Part shown: positions 43,017 to 57,500 of the stretch, piece after piece
Position numbering within the stretch: the stretch's first letter is position 1
Layout: the number at the start of each line of letters is the position of its first letter
Source: Octopus vulgaris
Lineage: Eukaryota
Assembly (NCBI GenBank): GCA_951406725.2
Contig: OX597832.1
Location: 61,752,001 to 61,816,000 of the forward strand
Length of the DNA stretch: 64,000 nt
Reading direction: 5' to 3'
Notes under the pieces: model-generated
What the model saw: only the letters and a program-made list of their open reading frames with translations
The model's database searches: none
Told to the model about the DNA's origin: nothing
Position numbers and translations under genes: made by a program

Positions 43017-43118
43017 CATACATGCATATATACATACATACATATATATATATACATACATACATACATACATACATACATACATACATACATACATACA
43101 TACAAGCATATATACATA

Positions 43119-43149
<31 letters not shown>

Positions 43150-43155
43150 CATACA

Positions 43156-43201
<46 letters not shown>

Positions 43202-43493
43202 AACATAAACATATACACCCATACATACATAGATACATACATGCACAGACACATGTAAAAACATACATACATACATACACACACGCACATATATATAATG
43301 CACACACATATACATACATTCATTCATTCATACGTACATACATACTTACATCCATACATACACACACGCCTATAGGGATTGAATAATGGTTTCTAATAGT
43401 TCAAAACAAGAAAATTAAACGTATATATGTATATGTAGTGATTATATGTGCATGTGTGGGTGTGTTTGAATGTATTTGTTTATTTCAGTCTGT

Positions 43494-43625
<132 letters not shown>

Positions 43626-44054
43626 AATATTTATACATATATATATATATATATATATGCATTTATATATGCATATATTAGTATGTGTATATATTTGTAT
43701 AAATATTTATGCCTACATATATTATGCATGCATATATATGTATAAACATATACATATATGTATATATATATATGTATGCATACATGTTTTATGTATATAT
43801 CTACATATATGCATCTATATATGTGTGTGCATATTTGTATGTATGTGTGCACGTGTGGGTGTGTGCACACACATATAAACAAATTCACAAACATACAAAA
43901 GTTATATAAGCATATATTTATATATGTATATACATACATGCATGGATACACATACACAGACATATGGGATTACATATGCATCTGTGTATGAATATTAACT
44001 GTTTCCTTTTATGTCATGTTATAATATAAAATACCGAACTTTAAAAGAATTACC

Positions 44055-44350
44055 GTTTCATTTGTAATAGAGTAAAATTTTTATCAACCCGTGAGGAGTA
44101 GATTGCTGTTTTTGACATCGAGTTAACGTTGTCTTAGCGTCCTGGAGGACACATGGCAGCCGCCATGATAGATCGGTAGCCACTACACACATTCTTTTCC
44201 CTCTCCTTGTTTCTTTTTGCGTTCCTTTCTGTAGAAGAGCATAGGCTCGAAGCGTAAAAGGCTTTTTCAATTCCCGGGCGCTATACTAATACATCTGTTT
44301 GTTTTCTACGCCACCTGTCTTCGTCTTTTGTTTTTTTCGTGAACTCTCCC
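44055..44350 (+). mobile_element. PLE-type terminal repeat ending in (TA)n with hammerhead-like motif
   Basis: 44224-44261: ccttt-CTGTAGA-a-gagc(atag)gctc-GAAG-cg-TA-aaagg. Stems I and II are perfect; the core has two substitutions. Confidence 0.6.
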
Positions 44351-44360
44351 TATATATATA

Positions 44361-44391
<31 letters not shown>

Positions 44392-44402
44392 CTGTGTGTG
44401 TG

Positions 44403-44679
44403 TGAGCATGTCTTGATATGCAACTATATGCATGAGAATACATACACAAAACATTCACATATTCACATACATAAATCCTTAAATCCTTTAAAATGTTTAA
44501 ATCCTTTAAAATATGTGAATCCACGTATTAGTGTAGCTCATTCAGCGATGGTGCCCCAGCATGGCCGCGGCCTTCGGGCTAAATCGTCTTTAAGGATTTA
44601 AGGATTTATGTATGTGAATATGTGAATGTTTTTTGTGTATGTATTCTCATGCATATAGTTGCATATCAAGACATGCTCA
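44403..44679. repeat. Inverted duplication (about 86-bp arms) enclosing a LINE-type 3' tip
   Basis: 44403-44488 is the inverted copy of 44592-44679. The spacer holds ggtgccccagcatggccgcggccttcgggctaaa, also seen at about 36632-36690. Confidence 0.85.
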
Positions 44680-44967
44680 TACAAATTTAAATGATAAACT
44701 TTTGGAAAGTTGTACAGACCTTTACATTTCCAGTAATGGAATGGATCTGTAGTCTTTGAATTAGCTGTTTCCTTTCTGATCGCCACACGCTCAGAAACAC
44801 ACAAACAGGTAAACACACACGCACACATGCACATACACAACTGGAATGATGCAAAATGTATACGGCGTATCTATTCGCGTACGATTAGATTATAATAAAT
44901 ACATACATACATCATATATACATACATACTTATATGCATGCATACCTACATATATATATATATACAT

Positions 44968-45008
<41 letters not shown>

Positions 45009-45067
45009 CTATACATATATGTATGTAATATATATTTATATATATATATGTATGTATATATATACAC

Positions 45068-45105
<38 letters not shown>

Positions 45106-45205
45106 GTATGTATATGTATATATATGTACATATATACATATATATACATGCTATATACACATATGTGCATAAATACACACACACACGCACTCATACACGC
45201 ACACG

Positions 45206-45239
<34 letters not shown>

Positions 45240-45504
45240 CATCCTTGCCTTTGTTGTCTCCGTTTATTTAACATATACATGCTCATACAAGACCCGCGTT
45301 AGACTCCTCACTCGTATTATTACCGAACCGAGAGTTTAACTACAGACCTTCCATAGCACTTATATTGTGTTACCTGCCACCTTGGGTTTTCTGGATACTA
45401 ATTTCTCATATGTATATATATATATATATATATACACACATTCACAGACACAAACACACACATACACACACATACATCCACACACACATGTATCCCGGCA
45501 TATT

Positions 45505-45552
<48 letters not shown>

Positions 45553-45911
45553 TACACACACACTCACACACACATATATATGTATGTATATACGGTATTT
45601 ATTTCGCATTATATAGCTGTGGTCTACAAACTACATATACCACCCTGATATGAATGTAATATGATAGGTATTATCACCTGTTGATGGATATATCAGGTTA
45701 ACGAAAATTACTTCAGGATTTCGTTTTATATTTCTCACTACAGTGTTAAAATATCAGGTGCTGTTAAAACTTAAGTGCATAGTTGTAAATTTTTGCATAC
45801 ATGTGCTACCCATGCATACATGCATAGATACACATATGCATGTAAATATGCCTATGTATAAATATATATACACACACACACACGCGCGTGCATATATATA
45901 TATATACATAC

Positions 45912-45964
<53 letters not shown>

Positions 45965-46018
45965 CATACATATAAAATTGAAGAAATTGGAGTAAACAGC
46001 AAATATTAATATATAATT

Positions 46019-46233
46019 ATTTCTTTATTGCCCAAGGGGGGGGGGACTAAACATAGAGGGGACAAACAAGGACTGACGAAGGGATTAAGCCGATTAACTC
46101 GACCCCAGTGCGTAACTGGTACTTATTTAATGCACCGCGAAAGAGGAAAAGGCAAAGTCGACCTCGGCGGAATTTGAACTCGGAACGTAACGGTATATCG
46201 TGTGGAGTGTTAACGATACTGCCAGCTCGCCGT
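46019..46233 (-). mobile_element. SINE family B with Tx1-like tail
   Basis: Reverse complement of 61830-62060 with an internal deletion. Confidence 0.88.
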
Positions 46234-46388
46234 CCTCAAAATGTATTATAATGCTAGCGGAGAGCACTGGATGATTCTGAGAGTGGATGGGCTTTTTACT
46301 GTACCCTGTTCGTCCCTAGCGGAATATAATATAATTATATATATATATATACTTTATTATTTTATATATATACTTTATTAATATATAT

Positions 46389-46620
46389 ATACTTTATTAA
46401 AAAGCAGGAGAAGTATCACAAAAACTGTTACTCAGATTTTCACGTTCCCTTTCGTCGGACAGTTTTGTTTAGAACCAAAACTGTTCGACGAACGGGAAGG
46501 TCAAAGTATGAGTAACAGTTTTTGTGATATTTCTGCAGATTTTTAATAAAGCATATTACTCTACCTCTGGTATTCGAGTACTATTTCTTCCTCCTTGTTT
46601 CGCATTTATGTGCTTACTCC
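46389..46620. mobile_element. Fold-back element with two back-to-back minimal hammerhead motifs
   Basis: Arms 46389-46467 and 46476-46556. Minus 46421-46466 reads aaaactgt-CCGACGA-aag(ggaa)cgt-GAAA-atctgag-TA-acagtttt; the mirror copy is at 46477-46522. Confidence 0.8.
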
Positions 46621-46622
46621 TG

Positions 46623-46678
<56 letters not shown>

Positions 46679-46944
46679 AGAGTGATAATAGTGGTAATAA
46701 TAATATTAATAATAATTCATATCAAAGTAAGAACTTCAATGAGGATACTATAAATAATGCTAAGGGTAATAAGCATGTTATAAGAAATAAGAAAAATTGT
46801 TTCACGTATTATTAATAATGTCAATGATATTAGAGGTGCTCTCTGTAGTATTGGGAATGAAATCAAGATGAATCGTGATGCCCGTAATCAAATGGAAAAC
46901 AACTAATGCAATATTGTAGTTTAAAAAAAAAGGAAAATCTGCTT

Positions 46945-47262
46945 TCTGTCGGTTAAGACAAATGTTCCAGTTGATGCGATCAACAGATCAGCTTACTCGT
47001 TAAATGAACGTGCAAATAAATGGTTGAGCCTTTTACAAACAAGTAAATCCTTAGCGTAACTCCTAGGGAGATTCAGCGTGAGACAAAGCGTGACAACGCT
47101 GGTCCCTTTGAATTACAAGTCCATCTCATTTTTGCAAGCTGGATTGATTGTAGCAATGCGAAGTAAAGTGTGTTGCACAAGAACACAACGCGTGGCCGGG
47201 AATCGAACCCTCGTCCTTATGTTTGTGAGCCGAATGCCCTAACCACTTTGACACACGCCTTT
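46945..47262 (-). mobile_element. SINE family D, near full length, degraded
   Basis: Minus-strand head aaggcgtgtg..agtggttagggcattcggctcac...gggttcgattcccggcc (A and B boxes), then tgtgttcttgtgcaac.cacttta. Confidence 0.8.
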
Positions 47263-47618
47263 ACAATAATGCAGTTAATGCAGTTGATAATGAGAGTGTT
47301 AAGGTTAGTAATTCCGTTGAATATAATTGAAATACAAATAACAAAGATTATCTTGCGACTAACAACATTAACAGCCATAATCGTTAGCCTATAGACAGTA
47401 AAAATAATAGTAATAATGATGAGAATAAAATATTAATTGCTCTGATAAACGCGATTGTAAAGATACTAACATGAATAGTTATAAGCTAGTGTATCATAAT
47501 CCTCTAAATGAAATACGATAATGCGAAAGGTAGAGATGATGCTGCCGAAGTCAATCGTAATCATCTGGCCACTAATCCTACTCAAACTAGCCGGAGCAAT
47601 AATAAGAGTTATAAGCGA

Positions 47619-47742
47619 TTATGTCAGAGGTGTATGGACTGGTTCTAATCCTCCGTTCGGATTAGATATTATATTGCAAGTTCGCAGTTGACTTCTGTAT
47701 TCTGAATAAGCACTTTCTTGTTTCCAGCCCGTATCGTAGGAT
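47619..47742 (-). CDS. Candidate terminal coding exon of an unknown host gene (weak)
   Basis: Acceptor-like tgtctattttatAG followed by a 40-codon open frame SYDTGWKQESAYSEYRSQLRTCNIISNPNGGLEPVHTPLT* in non-repetitive DNA. No homolog recognised. Confidence 0.2.
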
Positions 47743-47799
47743 CTATAAAATAGACATACAATAAAGCAAGCTTACTTCACATCACCGTATAATATAAAG

Positions 47800-47948
47800 G
47801 GGTAGCTTACTTATCAACCACATGGTTCCGGGTTCAGTCCCACTGCGCGACATCTTGGGCAAGAGTCTACTCCTATAGCCTCGGGCTGACCAAAGCCTTG
47901 TGAGTGGATTTGGTAGACGGAAACTGAAAAAGCCCGTCGTATATATAC

Positions 47949-48019
<71 letters not shown>

Positions 48020-48378
48020 TTGTGTCTGTGTTTGTCTCCCAACATCACCTGAAACTATTAATATTTAGCGCCTCACTTCCTTGATTCTTTGGCCTCGATA
48101 CCACTATACTCCTGGTACGATGATGAGATGCTCATATAAGACTTGTACCATTAGAAGGAATTTTGCCGTTGGACATTATATACAGTTTTGTACGGTAACA
48201 TTTTTGAAGTCTTTTCTTTGTTTCAGTCATTTGACTGCGGCCACCGCCTTTAGTCGAGCAAACCGACCCCAGGACTTATTCTTTGTAAGCCTAGTACTGA
48301 TTCTATCGGTCTGTTTTGCCGAACCGCTAAGTTACGGGGACGTATACACACTACCATCGGTTTCAGGCGATGATGGGT
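47800..48378. mobile_element. SINE-A 5' part (+, about 47800-48050) and 3' part (-, about 48210-48378)
   Basis: Near-consensus family A sequence. Confidence 0.88.
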
Positions 48379-48631
48379 CAATATTCAGAAACTCGGGTCC
48401 GTGTGTATCGCGTCAGGCTCGAGATGGGAACGATAACTTTACAAATACCGATAGGGTACAAATAGTGTGTTAATAGCGGTCTGGAGGAGATGTCTTCCTG
48501 GGGCTACAAGGAACAGTAGCATCGACCCTTAAAGGTTAGCCACATTTAGGTGGTAAATATACTTCACGATATCGTGCTGTTACTGTTTATACCTCGCCCA
48601 GAGATTTATTTTACACATAGAAACACACACA

Positions 48632-48683
<52 letters not shown>

Positions 48684-48705
48684 CATATATATGCATATAT
48701 GTATG

Positions 48706-48745
<40 letters not shown>

Positions 48746-48859
48746 CGTGATGTGTGTGCGTGTGCGTATGCACATATAATCTAATGTAAAGATACGAACA
48801 ACTAATAGTTGCTTGCTTTAGACACATGGGTCTAGACAGGTTTTATGATAAACCTAAGC

Positions 48860-49098
48860 AACCTTTTGGACATAGAGCACATTGTCTATTCAGGAACCTT
48901 TCGAGCAGGGTGGGTTAATCAACTTCAAGACATTCCTAAAAGGATCCCAACTGCAAGATCAAGCGCTGTTTATCTTGATATGAGGTTATCATGTCGCGCA
49001 CATATCATTGTCATTTATGTGCTAGGTATATTCTTATCAGACGGGTAGTCATAATGGGTATACTGAGCTTCGTATATTTGCGCCCCCAGCGTCATTAA
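48860..49098 (+). mobile_element. Degraded copy of the TAA-associated 555-bp element
   Basis: gctgtttatcttgatatgag...ttatcagacgggtagtcataatgggtatactg is the reverse complement of about 59135-59250. Confidence 0.8.
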
Positions 49099-49530
49099 AG
49101 AATGATGATGATGATGATGATAATAATAATAACAACAACAACAAGAAAAAGAAGAAGAAGAACAACAACAACAACATCAACTACAAGGCGGTGGCCCAGC
49201 ATGGCCACAGCTCGTGATAAAATAAGGATAATTATAATAAAAGCCATTCGCACAGAAACCCACATACACATAGACATAGAAAGAGACAGATATACATGAA
49301 TAAAAACATGAGCATATTCATATCTATATATACATAGATATACATGTGTGATGTATGAATGTATATACGCGTATATACATGTGTATATATACATACAGAT
49401 ATATGCGTATATATACATGTATATATATGTATACATGCATACATATATGTGCGTACACAAACACACGTATATATATATACATATGTCTATCTATCTACCA
49501 ATCTATCTATCTATCTATCTGTATACACAT

Positions 49531-49567
<37 letters not shown>

Positions 49568-49853
49568 CATACATGCAGTGGCGACTGGGTCTAAAAATAT
49601 TGGTTGCCAGGAGACTAAGGGGACCCACAAGCAAATACAATGCTACCATTTAATTTGTTTCTTTTTTGTTTTGCTAAAAGTATCCTTTTCAACTGTCTAC
49701 AAACACAGCCAGGCTGAAATAATTAATCCATTCTTCCAGAAGTGAATAAAAGGTTCTAAAACTTGTGGAGATGGGTTCCTTAGAATCTCAAATTTGACAC
49801 CCATATATGGATTCTAATGGCCCAGGGCCCCACTTGCCATCGGGCAAGCTAGC

Positions 49854-49877
<24 letters not shown>

Positions 49878-49884
<7 letters not shown>

Positions 49885-50173
49885 ATCACGTGACCGACCA
49901 GACCATCAGATGTTGTTACACATCGCTGGTCACTATGCGTTCGCATTGTTTTAGCCTATGAATAACGCCACCCCGCTGGCTAAGCGAGCAGGCCAACAGA
50001 AGAAAGAGTGGGAGAAAGAGTGGTGAAAGAGTACAGCAGGGATCAACACCCCTTGCTGGAGCGTCGTGGAGGTGTTTTTGCTCAATAAACACTCACAACG
50101 CCCGGTCTGGGAATCGAAACCGCGATCCCACGACCGCGAGTCCGCTGCCCTGACCACTGGGCCATTGCGCATC

Positions 50174-50175
<2 letters not shown>
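49878..50175 (-). mobile_element. SINE family C, full length
   Basis: Minus-strand head gcgcaaTGGCCCAGTGGtcagggcagcggactcgcggtcgtgggatcgcGGTTTCGATTCCcagacc is tRNA-like with A and B boxes; tail (tcacgtga)2. Confidence 0.9.
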
Positions 50176-50259
<84 letters not shown>

Positions 50260-50362
50260 TGTATGTATGTATGTATATAGACATACTAGAATGTCTATCG
50301 ACTGAAGTATGCCGTTTTTATATGCTCTTCACTTTCTTAATTGCTGTATATATATATATGAT

Positions 50363-50413
<51 letters not shown>

Positions 50414-50425
50414 AGATAGATGGAC

Positions 50426-50552
<127 letters not shown>

Positions 50553-50686
50553 AAGATAGATATAAATATATTCGCTACTACAGCGCAGGCGATGATCGAG
50601 CTCCACAGTCATAATTGCTTGTTCTTCTCCGTATTAAGTGTCATTTCAACCCTCACTGGTATGACTATAAATACACACTCATAAAC

Positions 50687-50743
<57 letters not shown>

Positions 50744-51035
50744 CATACATATACACATACATACATGAACACACAGATATGTTCACATGAAAACGTGCGT
50801 AAACTTTAAATGTTATGAAAAATAAAAAAACAAACCTACGATAATAAACGACAAAATAACGTTGTACATGTGTTCAGGTTTTAAATGGCCTATATAGCAG
50901 CACCAGATTGCCTCACCCGTCTGTAAGATTCTCTGATAAAATATCTTGCAACGAAGTTGAAAGTTATAACAATGGATGAACGTATATACATAAAAAGATG
51001 CATAAAGAAATATATAAATAAATACATACATATGA

Positions 51036-51088
<53 letters not shown>

Positions 51089-51591
51089 TTATATTCGTAT
51101 TCGTGAATATACATATGTGCAAATGAGCATCTGCTTGTTTGTCTATACGTAATTTTATATATTTTCGGCAACGAATTGCTGCTCATTTGACAATTAAATT
51201 CCTTTAAATATGATTTACTTGCTATACGTTACTTCAGATCTCCACCAAAATTCTGGCAAAACCAAAATAGAGCTATGTATGCCTCTACGAACGTACGCAC
51301 ACTTATACACACAAACACACACACACGTGCACACTTATACACACAAACACACACACACGTGCACACTTATGCACACATGCACACGCGCATACACATGCAC
51401 ACACTTGTACACACACCTATATCTACGTATATATGTAATTATATGTAATTCGATATGTATGTCCATAATGCAGCTTATGCATACGTGTGTGTATGGTTTT
51501 GTATATATTTGTTTGTATATACACATACGCATACACTCACACACACACACACACACACATATATATGTATATACTGACACAGGAGGATTTG

Positions 51592-51628
<37 letters not shown>

Positions 51629-51664
51629 GTATTTACACAGCGGGATTTGTGCGTATATACATAC

Positions 51665-51713
<49 letters not shown>

Positions 51714-51753
51714 CAGACACACATATATACATATACATATGTATATACATATA

Positions 51754-51787
<34 letters not shown>

Positions 51788-52309
51788 AACGCATATACAT
51801 CAGACACGCAGCCATATATACCTTTTCATATACGTGTGTGTGTCTGCGTGTGTGTGTTTACATTTGTGAGTGTAGGACTATTATTACAAACGGACCTGCC
51901 CGCCTGTTATCCGATTCAGTCAGTCAGTCTATTCGTTCGCCACATTCCACATTACTGACATAATGGAACTCTCATGACATACGGCCTATCTGCTCTCTTC
52001 AAACTAATGCCTAAATCATTTCCTTAATTGCTATTAGATGACAACTAAATTCTCCGCCACAAAAATATATCATAATTACTGACTGCCCTCCCTTATATAT
52101 TTAACTAATTCTACGTTTGTTTTGATCATAATATTTATTTCTACATTGTTTCACAATTAAACGTTAACCTTTAGCTATTGACCGGTTAATTTTTCTTCGT
52201 GAATCTAAGTGCAAGCCTCCTTGCTGTTGTGTACTTGCACTAAGCTAATATTTGCTACGCAGTTTTGTTTCCCGTCTGAATAGATGTTACGTTCCTAAAA
52301 ATAATATTA

Positions 52310-52913
<604 letters not shown>

Positions 52914-53123
52914 GAAATAGAAAGATGAATAATCTTGTTGCAGATTTATCAAAAGTTTAACCGATACCTTGGTAGCAAAAATCACAGCAGAAGACAGCAC
53001 GGTTGGAGGTACAACCATATGGTGTTGCAACCGTGCGTTGGTGCGGATAATTGAATTTTAATATTATTAGTGAATTGAAGAAATGGAGTTGAACGAAGAT
53101 TGAACAGAAATCGTTTTATTGCA

Positions 53124-53203
53124 TTCTACACGTATTTCGAAAGGCACAATTTACCAAATTCCTTTTGAATAATGAGACCATATTGTGTCTTTCTCTTCAG
53201 GAA
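53124..53203 (-). ncRNA. Type I hammerhead ribozyme, mirror copy
   Basis: Same motif on the minus strand; stem III is ATACGTGT (one G-U). Confidence 0.78.
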
Positions 53204-53931
53204 GAAATAGGAAATCCGTTGGAAAAAACAAAAACAGAACAGAGGCGGAGCAAAACAAATCGAACGAGGCTCCTAAGAGCCCATGGCCAAACTGTTTATC
53301 AATGTATGTTGAAAACGGGTGGTGGGTGCGTTGAAGATTTTAACGGGTCAGGCAGCGGTCATTCCGGTGGGTGAGGGTACGGGGTGCGTAGATGTTCTTT
53401 GTGACCGAGACTAAAGTTCTGACTATTTAAAGAATATTAGGTGTATTATATGGGGCGAGAAAAATATTTTTCTGCCGCCCGACGGATTTTACAGCAGTGA
53501 CCATTGTGTAGAGCTGTTTACCAACTGACGGCCGCGCGATCAAACGCACACACGTACACATAAAATATTTTCTACCCCCTGACGGATTTCTCAGCAGTGA
53601 CCAGAGTTAGCGCTTCTTACCAACTTGCGGCCGCACATATATAGAACAGTACACACACACATATTTCTAAGTAGATTTTGTCCCGCCCCATATAATACAC
53701 CTAATATTCTTTAAATAGTCAGAACTTTAGTCTCGGTCACAAAGAACATCTACGCACCCCGTGCCCTCACCCACCGGAATGACCGCTGCCTGACCCGTTA
53801 AAATCTTCAACGCACCCACCACCCGTTTTCAACATACATTGATAAACAGTTTGGCCATGGGCTCTTAGGAGCCTCGTTCGATTTGTTTTGCTCCGCCTCT
53901 GTTCTGTTTTTGTTTTTTCCAACGGATTTCC

Positions 53932-54026
53932 TATTTCTTCCTGAAGAGAAAGACACAATATGGTCTCATTATTCAATCGGAATTTGGTAAATTGTGCCTT
54001 TCGAAACACGTGTAGAATGCAATAAA
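53932..54026 (+). ncRNA. Type I hammerhead ribozyme (predicted cleavage after GUA, 54014)
   Basis: ttc-CTGAAGA(53941)-gaaagacacaat...attgtgcctttc-GAAA(54003)-cacgtg-TA-gaa. Canonical core, 11/12-bp stem II, palindromic stem III ACACGTGT, followed by AATAAA. Confidence 0.82.
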
Positions 54027-54072
54027 ACGATTTCTGTTCAATCTTCGTTCAACTCCATTTCTTCAATTCACT

Positions 54073-54118
<46 letters not shown>

Positions 54119-54140
54119 TGATATATATATATATATATAT

Positions 54141-54412
<272 letters not shown>

Positions 54413-57279
54413 TGTATATTTATACATACATACATACATACATACATACATACATACTTACATAAATACTTACATAATGCATACATACATACATATATAT
54501 ATATGCGTTTAAGTCCCTGTAACTTAGCTCAAATAAGACCAATAGAATAAGTACGAAGCTAAAGAAAGAAATATTCCCGGGGGTCCACTCGTTCGACAAC
54601 AATTCTTCAAGGCGGTACTGAAACACGTGAAAGATACAAAAGATGAAAATCCGAAACAGAATGCAAAGCGGCCTTGCCTCTGTCCTCAGCCTCCGGATTT
54701 GGGGAGAGAAAGTTATCGAAGACCAGCCCTAGATTATTGCAAAGCTTGGATAGCCATAATAGATTCAAGGAACATGTAATGTGCCGTAGCTGGATGACGG
54801 AATAACCTTCCTTACGAACAGACCCCACCCTACCATTCCCGACGAAGTTTCACACTGATTCCATTCACCAAATCTCCCTTACAAATCTTTGGTTGACTCG
54901 TGGCTTCGATAGAATACACCTTTCTGTAAACACTCGCGCAGTGAGATCATACTCGAAGGTATGAATTATTCATTGTAGTTTAAAGAAGAAAGTGCTCCTC
55001 CTGACAGATTTAATTGTAATACGGTTTGGGGCACTTAATCATAAGTGCTATCTTTGTTGCTTATCCCCAGCTGAACCCTGATAGAGTATACCTTGGTCAG
55101 ACATTCCCACCGCGCCTATCCCAGATTCTATTCAGTCGTAGTATATCTAGGGAGTAAAATATTCCATGCTGGCTTCGTTTTGCATTCTTTTTCTCTCTGT
55201 GTTTTTAAGCAGACGTACTCACTGCTGTTATTGCTGCTATTGGTGGCGGTGTTGGTGTTGGTGCTGCTGCTACTATTGTTGCTATTATTTCGACTACATT
55301 CCCTGGTCTCTTCAATTCTCACTTGTTCGCCGACCAGAGAGCACTTCGGCAATCACTCCACAAGACCCAAAGTTGTTTTCCTTCCATGCATTATTTTTTT
55401 CTTCAACTGTCTTTTCAAGAAAATGCATGCTGTGATGTGTGTGAGAATTGACTATTTATTTTCTTGCGCCTTTGGACCACCCTATAGATAGGATATCATA
55501 TAACCCATGGCAACTTCAGTGGGGATCCAGTGGTCTTTTTAAAGTTCATTGAATTCTCTCAACCCGTTGATTAATCATCAATGAATTAAAAAAAAATTTA
55601 AATCATGTTGACATCTTGATAATGACATCTTTGATTGTCAGATCTTTTGTCTGAAACCGGGACACCATAATATTACGCTTGATTTAACGATAGAATTTCT
55701 TTGATACAACATATTTTTTAACAGTTTGCAACTTTTACCATGCCATGATATACGGTACGAAGTGGACACTTTTTTCTGATTGACCCCTTCTCTTTCCATG
55801 TCTCACTGCAGCCGATATCTTCCAGAAAGAAAAGAAGCAGTCAGAAAGAAAGATCACGAGAAAAATCTTTCTGTATTTATCAATATCAATAGAATGAAAA
55901 CCAAAGTTGCCCTCCCTCGCGGGGTTTTAATACATCGCATGAAAATACCAAAACGAATACTGCAATGAAATTTATTCGACAATCGAACGACTCTACCAAT
56001 TTGATGCCTAGGATATTACGTTTACAATAAGTTATACTCAAAATTTTTCAGCCCAGAAGATATTTATCGCTTGATACTTATAGAGTCGCTGCTTATTTAG
56101 TACCAAGGAGGAGATAGTATCGTTTACGGCAGCAAGTTTTATATTTAGAAACATAACATTGCTTGATGCATTGCAACAACCTCAGCTTCACTGTAGAGTA
56201 GTCGATCAAATTAGCTATTTAGAGGTCCGATTCAATGAAATTTTTATGTTATTTAACCTCATTCGTCCGTTAATGATCATAAATAAAAACGCAGGAAAAT
56301 TATCATGCAATTATCGAAGATTAATCAATACTTAAGTATCGGAATCTTAAACGAACCTTTCTAACAATTATTCATGTTTAAAGATATTTAACACTTGATT
56401 ATCTTAACACATTGCAACTGTTAAATATGTTAAAGGAAGGCAGATCAATAATTTAAGATATTTGAAACTTGCTTCGCTATATAGATTTACATTTACATTC
56501 ATGTAATTCTATTCAGCGAAGCACGTCGTTCTATGTTACATATTACATTTATACTAGAACGTTACCCGTCATATAACGTCTAAATTTGGAAGAACGATGT
56601 TGCTACCGTGAGTAAAATCAGGAAATATTCTTGTGGGGATTGTACAAAACCATCAAATAAATACTAAATTTTGAAACAAAAAATATTCTTTACAATAAAA
56701 GAAAGCTATAAGAATATAGTTTTTCCATTTGTATAACTATCCTCATAATTAATCTGATATTTGCTCCTTCTACTCCTTATTCTCTCTTTCCTCTCCCTTC
56801 ATCCTGTATCTCTCTTTTACTCCCTCTCTCTCTCTCACACTTCTCTGATCCAAGGCAAAATGTGGCAGGAGATATTAATGTATCATCCAACAATTATATC
56901 GGATTTCATTATACAGAGATATTCAACTGTATAGCGAGTAATATTGATGTGTCCCAAATATTGCCTACATAAAAAAATAGGCTTTATTCTTTGGGAAGCA
57001 TAATTAATATATATATGTTTTGCAAGTGTTCACATACACACACGTACGCACGTATATACATACATACATTCACTTAAATACATATAGGTAGATATGAATA
57101 TATAGATACAGCCATCTTCTGTCCAGGTACACACTCCTACATGTTTGAAGCAAGGGGGAAATGTGAACGAGTAAAATAGAGGTTTACTTTCCCCAACGGG
57201 GATAATGTTATAAATGAACTGTCATCCAATACTGAAATCGTTTTGCATGTGTTCGCATATTGGAAAATTTGAATAAATC

Positions 57280-57500
57280 ATTGATGCATGGAGGACATTT
57301 GAAGTCTCTCCATGTCACCTGATAGAATTAGTAATCAAATCTTCAGATAACATTAGAATTTCACATAATTTGGATTATACGTATGGCGAACAGTCGCCCT
57401 CAAACAAACTAGAAAAACAAACAAAATCCATTAATATTGGACTCTATAGAGATGACAGACTTGCTAAAACATGAGATGTGAATGGTACTGAAAAACATTC
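57280..57500 (+). pseudogene. Highly degraded PLE reverse-transcriptase remnant (GLYRDDGL type)
   Basis: 57433-57465 translates NIGLYRDDRLA; an upstream GLYV scrap is present; the rest is disrupted. Confidence 0.45.

Larger units (their letters stand above)
53061..54080. mobile_element. Long fold-back element (about 400-bp near-identical arms) with intact-looking hammerheads on both strands
   Basis: 53061-53460 is the inverted copy of 53681-54080 with only a few mismatches. The spacer of about 220 bp holds two diverged direct repeats of about 100 bp. It ends in (TA)n. Confidence 0.92.

Noticed and set aside
50100-50175. tRNA gene-like sequence
   Set aside because: It continues into a SINE body present in several decayed copies, so it is a SINE head rather than a tRNA gene.
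53165-54009. Identical 69-80 aa ORFs on opposite strands
   Set aside because: They are a by-product of the inverted repeat; there is no recognisable domain and they overlap the hammerhead.
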